Below, in pieces: positions 24,013 through 33,085 of a stretch of 44,698 nt of DNA. The notes beneath the pieces were generated by a model. The model was given only the letters and a program-made list of their open reading frames with translations. It made no database searches and was not told the origin of the DNA. Made by a program: the position numbers and the translations under genes. Source of the stretch: a virus; the IMG/VR virus record IMGVR_UViG_3300037424_000686, positions 1-44,698 of that record. One strand, given 5' to 3'. Within the stretch, counting starts at the first letter, position 1. Every line of letters begins with the position of its first letter.

Positions 24013-25896
24013 CTATACCCCCAACCGGAACGCTCGCCAACGGGACACTGTGGCGTCATAGATGAGCATCGCCGCCTCACCGGCTGTCCCCGTGACTTCG
24101 TGAATCAGCGTCATGTCCACGCCGTCAGGAGTGCGAATGCGGTTCGCTGCCGCCGAGCTGGCATCTTCATGGCGAATAAACATGTCCAATCCGCCGGCCG
24201 CGTTGATCAACACTAAAACGCGACCGTCGAAGCCGCCAGTGAGACCCGTTACGTCCGGGACGGCCAAACTCGACGGGTCGATGAGCAGCGCCCCGGTGTT
24301 ATCAGTCAATGCGTAGTCGTCCATCGGTGAACTTGGAGTGTCACCGACCGGACCCACGCCGAAACCGCCCTTGAGCCGGAAGATGCCCGCCGCCACGAGC
24401 CCGGCGTAGTTCCCGGCGCCGCTGGCGGTGGGGGCGCCCGCGATGTACAGCGTCGCCGCCTCCGTCACCGCCGCCGCACCACCCGTGACGGTGGGTACGG
24501 TCAGGTGCAGTCCTGCGAGCAGGGCGTGCGTTCCACTTCCCGCTTCCGTCAACGTACCGCCGATCTTGGCGAGAAACCCATCCGCACCGATTCCGGGACT
24601 GTGCGTCAGCGTTGAGGCGGTGAACTGCGCGGAGGACACGGTCACGCCACCCGCGAACGTCGCCAACAGCGAACCGAGCGTGAGTTGCGTCACGCTGTTC
24701 CGGTCGAACACGACATCCGTTGCGGTCGTGGTCCCGAGCAGCGGAGATGTAACTCGGGTAGTGGCAATCGCAGTGGGTACAGTGATTGACGTACCAAAGT
24801 ATCCGGTTCGCGGACGGTTCGTAACGCCACCGAGATCATACGTGTTATCCGCCAGCGCCGTGAGGTGCCCCGCTTGGAGAACTCTCCACCGGGTCGTCCC
24901 GCCCGAGTAGTCCGGGTGGGCCGCATTACGAGTCACGAACCGAATCTCGTTTACCGACGCACCGGAAGTCACCCCGCCACCGATGCTGACGGTGATCTCC
25001 CCGTTAAGCGCCTGACCCTGTAGAAGAATCCCATTGCGCTCGGCGATGGTGTATGGCACGATCCCGTAGAACACCGACTTGTTCGTAAGGTCAGTAAACG
25101 TGTTGGCGCCAGTGAAAATGCACGAGCCACCGTTGAAGCCTACCGCTTCAATACGTGCAGCCAGCGCGCCACCGCTACCAGAGCTGGTGGCCGCCATGAC
25201 GATTTTCCGCGTGGTACTCGGAAAGAATATGCCTGCACTTTCCAACTGGACAAGCGTGATGCTGTTCCACTGAAGAGCTAACGTCCCCGTGCTGACTCCA
25301 CCTACAATTGGTGTGATGACCGACGTACCGGCATACATCGTCCGCCATCTGTTCGTGGTCACGACGCCCAAGTCTCTCGTGTTGTCCGTCGCCGGGGAGA
25401 CGTTGCCCTGAAATAAGAAATCACCTACGGGGAACGTGCCGGCCGTGACGTCGGCCGCGGTGAGCGCCCGGAACAATGCCGTCGTCGCGCCGGTCGCCAC
25501 GAGCGCCCATCCGGCCGTCAACCCGGACACGATGTGATCGGGCCCGAGCGCCGTTTCGGTTGCCAGTACATGACTCTGCGCGTGATGCTGATCGGCCGTG
25601 ATCCCGCCCAGATCGGCGTGCGCGAGCTGCTGGAAGCGCGCGTCCGTCGCAGAGAACGCGCGAAGCACGAAGCCCGCGGTCAGCCCACTCACCGAATGCT
25701 GTGGCCCGATCCCGCCCGTCGTTGCGAGCACGTGCGTCGCGACGCTCAGTGGGTCCGCGTTCAGGGACTCATTGTACGTGACGATGTCGAGCAGCGCCTG
25801 CTCGAGCCGGCGCCGGAACTGGTTCTCGTTCTCCCGATCATATTCCCTTCCTGGCGTCGGGAAGTTCGGGATCGCGGGCGAGTACGTGGTCGGCAT
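24013..25896 (-). CDS. tail fibre protein
   Basis: The N-terminal third carries the repeated fibre motif H.L......GP.H.VSGLTAG.VLRA..AT.A.F..L...D, seen twice (GPQHSVSGLTAGFVLRAFSATDARF and GPDHIVSGLTAGWALVATGATTALF). Thr/Gly-rich beta-like sequence follows. Confidence 0.75.
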   Translation of the reverse strand: MPTTYSPAIPNFPTPGREYDRENENQFRRRLEQALLDIVTYNESLNADPLSVATHVLATTGGIGPQHSVSGLTAGFVLRAFSATDARFQQLAHADLGGITADQHHAQSHVLATETALGPDHIVSGLTAGWALVATGATTALFRALTAADVTAGTFPVGDFLFQGNVSPATDNTRDLGVVTTNRWRTMYAGTSVITPIVGGVSTGTLALQWNSITLVQLESAGIFFPSTTRKIVMAATSSGSGGALAARIEAVGFNGGSCIFTGANTFTDLTNKSVFYGIVPYTIAERNGILLQGQALNGEITVSIGGGVTSGASVNEIRFVTRNAAHPDYSGGTTRWRVLQAGHLTALADNTYDLGGVTNRPRTGYFGTSITVPTAIATTRVTSPLLGTTTATDVVFDRNSVTQLTLGSLLATFAGGVTVSSAQFTASTLTHSPGIGADGFLAKIGGTLTEAGSGTHALLAGLHLTVPTVTGGAAAVTEAATLYIAGAPTASGAGNYAGLVAAGIFRLKGGFGVGPVGDTPSSPMDDYALTDNTGALLIDPSSLAVPDVTGLTGGFDGRVLVLINAAGGLDMFIRHEDASSAAANRIRTPDGVDMTLIHEVTGTAGEAAMLIYDATVSRWRAFRLGV

Positions 25897-28067
25897 CAGC
25901 GACGCTCCGCGGGCTGCGCGTCCACGCGCAGCGTCCCGAACCGCCAGTCGCCGGCGGCGACCTCCTCGAGCTTAATCCGCACCTGGCGCGCGGTGATCCG
26001 CACGTCGGTGGGGTTCGCGAGCGTGAATGGGCCGTGCGTGGTCTCGGCCCCGGTCGGGTACAGGGACGAGAACAGGTACGCGCGCAGCGAACCGAGCTGC
26101 TGCCCCGCGAGCGTCGCCTCGTCCGGGATCAACCGACTCAGGGACGCGAACTGATCGCCCTCCCCGACCTCGGACGGTCCGCTCTCCAGGTACGGCGCGT
26201 CCTCACCCGAGCGCGTGCTCCCGCGCTCGTGGTCGTACACATCGGGGGTCGCCACAAACCCCATCATGGGGTACAGGAACGCACCGCGGTCGATGCCGGC
26301 GCTACGCGTCAGCTTCCCGGGCGTCCAGTGGTTCTCTACGTAGTTCCAGATCACGTACCGGTTGCACTCCTGCGAGTTCGCGGACGGATAGAAGAACCAC
26401 ACCTCCCTGAGAAACGTGAGCGGCATCGCGAAGCACTTGTGCCGCTGCGAGCGGTTGAAATCGCTGAACACGTAATCGTTCAGTTCGGACTCAATGGGGC
26501 GCGGGTACCCGTCGTACAGGAAGAAGCTCCGCTGCCCCATCCAGACCGCCTTCCCGTCCACGAACGTTGCCCCGTGGCGCGAGATCACGCCGCACCCCGA
26601 GCCGACCTGCTTGAAGCTGTACACGAGCGTGCCACCGATGTACTGCGCCGCGAACAGGTCCTTGTCCGTGAAGATCAACGTCTCGTTCCGGCCGCGCAGC
26701 CCGCACATGATGACACCCTCACCCGAGAGCCCGAACGAGCCGGCGGTGCTCGTCGCGCTCTCTGCCCACTCGTCCACGGTCTCCTGGGACGGCCATTGAA
26801 TCAGGCGCGGATCGCTGCCCGCGCCGAGCGCGAACAGAAAACGTTCGGGAGTCACCACGAGCGCCTTATTCCCGGTCGGAACCACGCCCGTAACCGCAGT
26901 GATCGGCGCGGCCACGCCCCCGGCAGAGATGTCGTGGTACATCAACCGACCGTCAGCGGTCAGCACGCCCACCAGGTCCTCGCCCCACGTGTCAAACGAC
27001 CAGACCGCGGCCTCGACCTCGGAACCCTGCGCGGGGTCGCCCTCCCCGTAGTTGAATGCCCCGTACACGCCGTTTCCATACGGCCCAATCGCGTACGCGG
27101 AGTCGACCGCGCCGGTCGTAAGACCAGCGGGGGTGATATCGAGCGTCTCCCCCTGTGAGAACTTATACAGGTTTGTGTTCGTCCCGATCGCGAGCTGGGC
27201 CGCGTTCCCGGCGTTGTTCTTCCATCCAAGCAGCGCGCGGATCGCGCCAGCGAGCGTGCCGGTCTGCACGCCCCGGACCTCATTGATGTCGTAGGTCGCG
27301 GTTGAGGAGCCCCCGAACCCGTACCGGAGGTGGTTCGCGTCCACATAGCTCGCCCCGAACGTGTGCATCCCGAGTGTGGTGCGCGTCCCGCCCCCGAAGG
27401 GCTCAGTCCAGAAGGTCACGCCCGCGCCCGTGGTCAACGTCATGCCGATTCGGATCGTCGAGCCGTCCGCGAACGCGATCCCACCAGCGCTCCCGATCAG
27501 CGTCGACTCCTGCTGGGTGCCGTTCAGGTACCGCACCGCGCGACACTCGGCGGTGGTGGTGCTCGTTTGGATCAGTCGAAACGCGAGGAAGTCGACCTGC
27601 GCTCCGGCACCGCCAACGATGTTCTTCGCGCGCACGCACAGCATCACGCCCGAGCTCGCCCCGACATCCGTTCCGGTCACATCCGCCCACCACTCCCCGG
27701 CACCGTCCACCCCGGCCAGATCGGTGTTCGTCCACGCGAAAACGCCCGCGGACCCGCTCGGGGTCACCCGCACCTGGTTCGAGACAATGTTGAAGAACGT
27801 GCTCGGGGTACCCGCACTCGCTACGTAGGTCGCCGGATCGGGGGGAAGTTCTGGGTTATGCCCGATGAGCTGGCCGTCCCCGTCCGTCATGGTGTCCTGC
27901 GCGAAGGTCGTCTCCAGCGAGAGCCCGAGCGCGTTCCAGCCGCCCACGGGGCGCACCGAGCCCTCGAGGAAGCGCACCAGGTGCGCGTCGTACCAGCGGT
28001 TCTTCGCCTGGTAGCGCGTCCCCTGGCGATACACACCGGGCCGGAACTTGAGCGGTACCAGTGTCAC
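25896..28067 (-). CDS. large tail/baseplate-like structural protein
   Basis: 723 aa. GTG start overlaps the upstream stop. The N-terminus LKFRPGVYRQGTRYQAKNRWYDAHLVRFLEGSVRPVGGW resembles a conserved podovirus tail-protein N-terminus that I recall but cannot name. Confidence 0.6.
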   Translation of the reverse strand: MTLVPLKFRPGVYRQGTRYQAKNRWYDAHLVRFLEGSVRPVGGWNALGLSLETTFAQDTMTDGDGQLIGHNPELPPDPATYVASAGTPSTFFNIVSNQVRVTPSGSAGVFAWTNTDLAGVDGAGEWWADVTGTDVGASSGVMLCVRAKNIVGGAGAQVDFLAFRLIQTSTTTAECRAVRYLNGTQQESTLIGSAGGIAFADGSTIRIGMTLTTGAGVTFWTEPFGGGTRTTLGMHTFGASYVDANHLRYGFGGSSTATYDINEVRGVQTGTLAGAIRALLGWKNNAGNAAQLAIGTNTNLYKFSQGETLDITPAGLTTGAVDSAYAIGPYGNGVYGAFNYGEGDPAQGSEVEAAVWSFDTWGEDLVGVLTADGRLMYHDISAGGVAAPITAVTGVVPTGNKALVVTPERFLFALGAGSDPRLIQWPSQETVDEWAESATSTAGSFGLSGEGVIMCGLRGRNETLIFTDKDLFAAQYIGGTLVYSFKQVGSGCGVISRHGATFVDGKAVWMGQRSFFLYDGYPRPIESELNDYVFSDFNRSQRHKCFAMPLTFLREVWFFYPSANSQECNRYVIWNYVENHWTPGKLTRSAGIDRGAFLYPMMGFVATPDVYDHERGSTRSGEDAPYLESGPSEVGEGDQFASLSRLIPDEATLAGQQLGSLRAYLFSSLYPTGAETTHGPFTLANPTDVRITARQVRIKLEEVAAGDWRFGTLRVDAQPAERR

Positions 28068-28477
28068 GCGGTCGCTTGCTCCGTCACGATCAGCTCCGCT
28101 TCCGACGCCCCGTTCATCGCGGCCATGAACCGCTCGAACGCGATCTTTGATTGCATCACTGCGAGCTTTTTCGCTGCCTGCCCGGTGTCCTCGTCCTTCA
28201 CGACGGGCACGATCCCAAGCGAGAGCCCGAGCAGCACGCAGCCCTCAGTGTCCTCCTCCACGTTGCCCCAATGCACGAGGATACGCGAGTGCCCGGGCAC
28301 GCCCACAATCTCGTACGTCTCGACGCCAGTCTTGTGCCACACCGTGCGCCGTAGCACGTACGTGCCGGCGGGGATCAGCCCCTCGTCGAGCGTGAACGGC
28401 ACGAACCCGTTCGGAAGGTGCAGGAGCCCGAACCGACCGTGGTCGGTCCGCAAAATGTTTTGGAGCAGAACTCTCAT
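28064..28477 (-). CDS. DUF5675-like protein (His...Gly-Cys motif reminiscent of YkuD-type catalytic cores)
   Basis: Internal ATG 28477 (MRVLLQNIL...). Contains GTYVLRR...YEIVGVPGHSRILVHWGNVEEDTEGCVLLG. The upstream 99 codons of ORF 28064..28774 overlap the next gene and were dropped. Confidence 0.55.
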   Translation of the reverse strand: MRVLLQNILRTDHGRFGLLHLPNGFVPFTLDEGLIPAGTYVLRRTVWHKTGVETYEIVGVPGHSRILVHWGNVEEDTEGCVLLGLSLGIVPVVKDEDTGQAAKKLAVMQSKIAFERFMAAMNGASEAELIVTEQATA

Positions 28478-28668
28478 AGCACCTTCCATCCTATCAGGGC
28501 GCCGAGCAGTGTGAGCCCACCCGCGAGCCCGCCGCGCCAGATTTCGAGTAGCCGGATACGCCCGGCGTGATCGCTCAACCGCACGTCGCCCACCTTGAGG
28601 CGGTCGTCGATCGCTTTCACGTGCTCGTCGACCCGGATCAGAAGCTCGTCTCGCTCGGCGTCGTTCAT
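28474..28668 (-). CDS. small C-terminally membrane-anchored protein
   Basis: 64 aa with a helical N-terminus and a single C-terminal TM segment (GGLAGGLTLLGALIGWKVL). ATGA overlaps on both sides. Confidence 0.55.
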   Translation of the reverse strand: MNDAERDELLIRVDEHVKAIDDRLKVGDVRLSDHAGRIRLLEIWRGGLAGGLTLLGALIGWKVL

Positions 28669-29012
28669 ACCGGTATCTGCGTGACGTCGATCGTCGTGAC
28701 GCCAGGGTTCGCCGTTTTGAGGAGCACGTTATCGCTTGCCCGATAGAGCCGCGTGTACGCGGTCGGGTCGCCATTCGTCCACGTGCACCGAAGCTTGATG
28801 TTCGCCGCGGTGTAATCCGCGTTCACGGTGCCACTCGCCGCGGACCCCTGTCCATCCTTGTAGTGCTTCGCGTACATGTCCATCGCTGTGTCACTCACCC
28901 CGCCGAGGTTCGCGACCGACAGACCCGACGGCGCGCCGGCGGGACCACCGCCCGGTGTTCCGGGCACCTGGCCCACCAGCACGAGCGCGAGCGCGATCAG
29001 GTCTGGGGTCAT
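28665..29012 (-). CDS. small protein with N-terminal signal/anchor and beta-rich domain
   Basis: Internal ATG 29012 (MTPDLIALALVLVGQVPG...). ATGA overlap with the upstream fibre-like gene. Confidence 0.5.
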   Translation of the reverse strand: MTPDLIALALVLVGQVPGTPGGGPAGAPSGLSVANLGGVSDTAMDMYAKHYKDGQGSAASGTVNADYTAANIKLRCTWTNGDPTAYTRLYRASDNVLLKTANPGVTTIDVTQIPV

Positions 29013-29539
29013 GCGACGTTCAACGCCGCGGCGGCGTACCAGGTCGTGCCATTGTCGAAGGACACGGCCGCGATCAGGTCCACCCCGCTCACCGTAAGAT
29101 CGGGCTGCGCCCCGGCCGGCCACCGAAACGACGCGGGCCAGATCACCCCGGACGAGCCCCCGTTCGTGAGCAGCAGCACGAGCCCCACGAAGAACGTGCC
29201 CGCGGGCACGTTCGAGACCGAGAACGTGGTCACCCCACCAATCGTCGCGGTGAAGCCGTTCCCGAGCGCCAGGTTCAACGCCTGGGCACCAGATATCGAA
29301 CCGAGCGCGGTCCGCACCGCCTGCGAGGAGAACAGATCGACGCGACCGGTCATCACGCCCCCGACCTTCGGGAGCGCCGCGTCCGCGGTCGCCTGCGCGG
29401 CAGCGGCGGCGTCCTCGTTCGCCTGCATCTGGGTGTCGATGTCGTCGAGGTCGTCGTTGAGCTTCGTGCCCCACGTGCCCTGCGACGCACCGACCTCGGG
29501 CTTCGTCAGTGAGTAGTTGGTGGTTAAGGTGTCCGCCAT
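29009..29539 (-). CDS. short tail fibre / fibre-adaptor-like protein
   Basis: N-terminus TTNYSLTKPEVGASQGTWGTKLNDDLDDIDTQ is the common phage-fibre opening motif (NY.L.KP..G...W...LN.NLD.ID). Confidence 0.65.
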   Translation of the reverse strand: MADTLTTNYSLTKPEVGASQGTWGTKLNDDLDDIDTQMQANEDAAAAAQATADAALPKVGGVMTGRVDLFSSQAVRTALGSISGAQALNLALGNGFTATIGGVTTFSVSNVPAGTFFVGLVLLLTNGGSSGVIWPASFRWPAGAQPDLTVSGVDLIAAVSFDNGTTWYAAAALNVA

Positions 29540-29540
29540 G

Positions 29541-30227
29541 TTACCTCACGATCGAGCTCCGGGATCGCCCGATCGGGCGCCTCGGACGCTGCACCAGCGT
29601 GTTCGCGCCCCACTTCCGGCGCTCGATGAAGCGCTCCAGCTCGCGGAGCGCGCCCCCGACAAGGTTCCCAAGCTGATCGTACTGCGCGTACCGACTCTGC
29701 CAGAGCGCGAGCCGTTCGTCGAACTTGAGGTACGGCGCGGAGTGCACCAGGGACCCGTACAGGTACACGTCCGGATGACCGTCGAGGACCCAATTCGTGG
29801 CGACCGTCGCGCTCAACTCCTCGAGCTTCGTCAGGTACGTCGCGAGTACTTCGTACGCCTGGTCGGGAACGGGCGCGAGCAACAGCTCGGTCCCGTTGTT
29901 CACGATCGCCGCGGCGCGCGGGAACCCGGTCAGCGCGACGTGCGCGCGGTACCGCGGCAGGTAACCCTCGGGCACGATGTCGATCTCCCCGAACCGCACC
30001 CCGTCATCGTAGTACAGCGAGCGCAGCTCGCGGCAGTCGGTCGGTAGCGTGTGCGGCGACGCAGAGAGCGTGAGTGTGACGTTGCTCCGCTCCTCCTGGA
30101 TCGCGGGGTTCCGATCGAGCTCGGCCTCGAGTAGGGAGATGAAGTCCGGGATCGCGGCCGTCAGATCAGCGCGGTTCAGCCAGTCCGCGATCGCGGCCCG
30201 GAGCGCGGTGTAGTTCGTGAACGCCAT
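29541..30227 (-). CDS. head-tail adaptor-like protein
   Basis: The opening YTALRAAIADWLNRADLTAAIPDFISLLEAEL is typical of a phage adaptor/connector family that I recognise by pattern only. It sits between the head and fibre genes. Confidence 0.5.
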   Translation of the reverse strand: MAFTNYTALRAAIADWLNRADLTAAIPDFISLLEAELDRNPAIQEERSNVTLTLSASPHTLPTDCRELRSLYYDDGVRFGEIDIVPEGYLPRYRAHVALTGFPRAAAIVNNGTELLLAPVPDQAYEVLATYLTKLEELSATVATNWVLDGHPDVYLYGSLVHSAPYLKFDERLALWQSRYAQYDQLGNLVGGALRELERFIERRKWGANTLVQRPRRPIGRSRSSIVR

Positions 30228-30926
30228 TTACCCCTTCCCTCCGAACTCCTCGGCGTACGCTTTCGCGTGCTCGAGCGTGTACTCGAACTCCCCGATATGT
30301 CCGACGCGGCGCGACAGCTCGCGATCGACGAACGGCGGGAAGCCCGCCTTACGCGCCTTCTCACAGAAGTCGACATCCTCCCCGACCCGACCACGCCGGC
30401 CCTTGTCGTAGTAGCACTCGAACCAGGGGTACGGGACGCTCTTGAATACGTCGATGTGGATCAGCGTCACCCCGAACCCGAGCGCCTCGACCTCGACCAA
30501 CCCGTCCTGGTCGTCGGGCATCAACCGCTCGCCCACCACCTCGGCAGTACCGATCTTCGTGAGCGAGGTCGGCACGCACTCCAGCGTCCGCGTCGGGTAG
30601 TTCACGCCCACGAACGGCTTCCGGCGTTTCATCAGCCGCAGCAATGCGTCGCGCGGGAAGCGCATATCGTCATCGAGCCAGAGCGTCGCGGCGACGTCCG
30701 TTTTCAGTGCCGCGGCAACCAGGTCGTTCCGCTGCGAGTCGATGTACGTCCCCTTGCAGAACGTGAACAAGAGCTCCGCGTTCGGCAGCTGGTCGAGGGC
30801 CCGCGTGCTGTGCGTCACGAGCATAGTAAAGTCGTGCACGAAGCCAGTCGGCATCGTGCCTCGGCTCGGGACACAGATCATGATCCGCGACACGGCCTTC
30901 CCGCGTCCAAGGATCGGGATGTTCAT
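30228..30926 (-). CDS. GT-A fold (family-2-like) glycosyltransferase
   Basis: ATG 30926 follows GGAGAAG. Contains ICVPSRG..., LWLDDDMRFP (DxD), GEDVDFCEKARKAGF and VGHIG. Confidence 0.7.
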   Translation of the reverse strand: MNIPILGRGKAVSRIMICVPSRGTMPTGFVHDFTMLVTHSTRALDQLPNAELLFTFCKGTYIDSQRNDLVAAALKTDVAATLWLDDDMRFPRDALLRLMKRRKPFVGVNYPTRTLECVPTSLTKIGTAEVVGERLMPDDQDGLVEVEALGFGVTLIHIDVFKSVPYPWFECYYDKGRRGRVGEDVDFCEKARKAGFPPFVDRELSRRVGHIGEFEYTLEHAKAYAEEFGGKG

Positions 30927-31165
30927 CAGTACTTCTCCGGCCGCGCGCCGATCAGGCCGCACGGTCCCTCGTGCATCTCGTGTGTCGACCAGGGCATCTT
31001 GTGCTTCGCGGGCCGACGGCCCGCGGCGCGCTTCGCGGCGCCGCCCATGCTCCCGTGCCGCGCCATCCCGTACGCCTTCCCGGCGGCTTGATTTGCCGAG
31101 AGTCCCTCCTCGTGCATCAGGAACCCGATCTTCTTGCTAATGCGCTTCTTCCCCATGCCTCGCAT
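30926..31165 (-). CDS. small basic protein, hypothetical
   Basis: Internal ATG 31165 is preceded by GGAGGG. Sequence MRGMGKKRISKKIGFLMHEEGLSANQAAGKAYGMARHG... Confidence 0.5.
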   Translation of the reverse strand: MRGMGKKRISKKIGFLMHEEGLSANQAAGKAYGMARHGSMGGAAKRAAGRRPAKHKMPWSTHEMHEGPCGLIGARPEKY

Positions 31166-31167
31166 CG

Positions 31168-31476
31168 TCACACCCTCCCCGGGCGCACCCGAAACTTCTG
31201 GTTGTCCGGATCGTTCAACCACTTTCGATACGCCTTGTCGTCCTGCGCGATCCCGAGCCGCACGAGCTCCATCAGCTTCGGCATCGGGATGCGCGCGTAC
31301 ATCGCGAACTCCCCGTGCGGGGAGCGCTTCTCGCGCGTGTTGAAGTCGATCGCGTTCGCGTCGAGGATTGCCTCGTCGTCGCGCGTGGTCGCGATCGTGA
31401 TGTCCCCGGTGACCGGGTCCTCGTGCCACTCGACACGAGTCCCGATCAACGGGTCAGAGCGCAGCAGCTCGCTCAT
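31168..31476 (-). CDS. hypothetical head-module protein
   Basis: 102-aa ORF that starts 3 nt after the upstream stop. Confidence 0.55.
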   Translation of the reverse strand: MSELLRSDPLIGTRVEWHEDPVTGDITIATTRDDEAILDANAIDFNTREKRSPHGEFAMYARIPMPKLMELVRLGIAQDDKAYRKWLNDPDNQKFRVRPGRV

Positions 31477-31479
31477 GGG

Positions 31480-31968
31480 TTAGACCTCGACACCCGCTTC
31501 GGCGTCGATCGCATCCAGCGCGGTCAGAATCTCCGCGTTGACCTGGCACTGCTGGCGAATCTCCCGGATCGCGGTGTAGATGTGCCCCGCGCCCGAGGCC
31601 ATCACCGCGCCGCCCCACGCACTGTTCGTGAGGGACTCGGTCGTGGTGATGAAGTTGCCCACAACGCCCGGCACCTTCGAGGTCACCGTGACCACGCCAG
31701 CAGCGGACGTCGCGTACACGTGCTGGTTTTCCGTCATCAGAGCGGCGTACGTGGTACCCGCGCCGGCGCCCAGATTGATCGCGGCCACGAGGTTCGCGGC
31801 CATCGCGGTCACGTTCGCGCCGATCAGCACGTTCCCGTCCACGTTCGTGAGCGTGGTCTGGAACGTGTACACCTTGCCACCGATCGTGCAGGTCTGCGTG
31901 TCAGCGCCGGTTATGGCGCTGATGGTGAGGGTCCCTACGGCCCGCACCAGGGAAGAAAGAATAGGCAT
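31480..31968 (-). CDS. putative head decoration protein
   Basis: Internal ATG 31968 is preceded by GGAGGAG. It lies immediately downstream of the major capsid gene. The sequence is Gly/Ala/Thr-rich and beta-type. Confidence 0.5.
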   Translation of the reverse strand: MPILSSLVRAVGTLTISAITGADTQTCTIGGKVYTFQTTLTNVDGNVLIGANVTAMAANLVAAINLGAGAGTTYAALMTENQHVYATSAAGVVTVTSKVPGVVGNFITTTESLTNSAWGGAVMASGAGHIYTAIREIRQQCQVNAEILTALDAIDAEAGVEV

Positions 31969-32065
31969 CGTTGTGCTCCTCCGGACGATCGGAGGGACGG
32001 AAACCGTCACGTCTGCGAACCGTGACGGAATCCGTCCTCCGCGACCACCCGATCAGTCCATCAGG

Positions 32066-33043
32066 TTAGGTGGTCGTCAGGTCCGCGGCCAGGCCGAGGG
32101 CCTTCTCGTTCTTCACCCGGAGGCCCCACTCGACGCGGAGCGCAAAGTTCCGGGCGTCACCCGTCTTGGCCATCTCCTCGCGGTGATAGGGTCGCAGGTG
32201 ATCGAGCTGCAGGAATTCGGGGTCGATGAACCAGGCGTCCCGCTCCCGCTGGTTGCGGGTCGGAATCACGGTCACGGTGCCGAAGTCGGACACGTACACG
32301 TCCGCGGCCCCGATGATCGCCACGCTCTGCCCGGAACGGGTCGACTGCGAGATGTCGTACGTTGCGGTCGCGATCCCCGCGAACGCGGACACCTTCCCCT
32401 TGTTGACCGGGCCGACCATCGCCCACTTGAAGTTGGCGCCCTCGTCCCAGCCCAGCTGCATCACGTTCTTGAAGATGGTCTCGGTCAGCGCGCGCTGGGT
32501 CCCGTCGGTCCGAGCCGCTGCCGGTACGCCCGACGTGTAGACCGGGTTCCCGCCATCCGTCGCCATGTCGACGTTGGTCTTGACCCAGCTGTTCAGCGGC
32601 GCAGTCTGCCGCGCCGTGGTCGCGTTCCCGCTGTTCGCCACCGCGGCCGAGAACAGGTACGCCTCGGTGTCCAACTTCATCTCGGCGCCCTTCTTCGCGG
32701 TCTGGTAGCTGATCTCCGAGCCGCGCCCGGCCTTCACGACACGCTCCTCAGTGCCGGAAACCGAGAACAGCTTGTGCGAGATCATCTGGTAATTGCCGAA
32801 CCGCGCGGTCGCGGTCAACGCCGGATAGGCGGTGTAGTTGTCGCCCTCGAGCTGCGCGTTCGTGGTCACCGCGGCGGCAAGCGAGTCGTTCTGCCACTCG
32901 TTCAGCACCGCGTCGACCTTGTCCTTCGCGATCATGGAGACCAGGGGGGTCTCCTCCGGGGACACGTTGTAGATCACGTCGCTGAGTTGTTCGCGGATAC
33001 CTTTCGCGTCGAACGTCAGGAACGTGGTGTCGAGAATAGCCAT
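32066..33043 (-). CDS. major capsid protein (HK97 fold, SU10/DUF5309-like)
   Basis: The opening LSDVIYNVSPEETPLVSMIAKDKVDAVLNEWQNDSLA is characteristic of this capsid family. The 325-aa size and the position after the scaffold fit. Confidence 0.85.
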   Translation of the reverse strand: MAILDTTFLTFDAKGIREQLSDVIYNVSPEETPLVSMIAKDKVDAVLNEWQNDSLAAAVTTNAQLEGDNYTAYPALTATARFGNYQMISHKLFSVSGTEERVVKAGRGSEISYQTAKKGAEMKLDTEAYLFSAAVANSGNATTARQTAPLNSWVKTNVDMATDGGNPVYTSGVPAAARTDGTQRALTETIFKNVMQLGWDEGANFKWAMVGPVNKGKVSAFAGIATATYDISQSTRSGQSVAIIGAADVYVSDFGTVTVIPTRNQRERDAWFIDPEFLQLDHLRPYHREEMAKTGDARNFALRVEWGLRVKNEKALGLAADLTTT

Positions 33044-33085
33044 ACAGCCTCTCGCGCGGGTGCGCTCGCGCGCCTCCCGCCGGTG

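Noticed and set aside
28665-29474. A 269-aa ORF spanning the short-fibre gene region, and ORF 28064..28774
   Set aside because: The upstream parts overlap better-supported genes in other frames and are Arg/Gly-rich. Internal ATGs that give ATGA coupling (29012 and 28477) were used instead.
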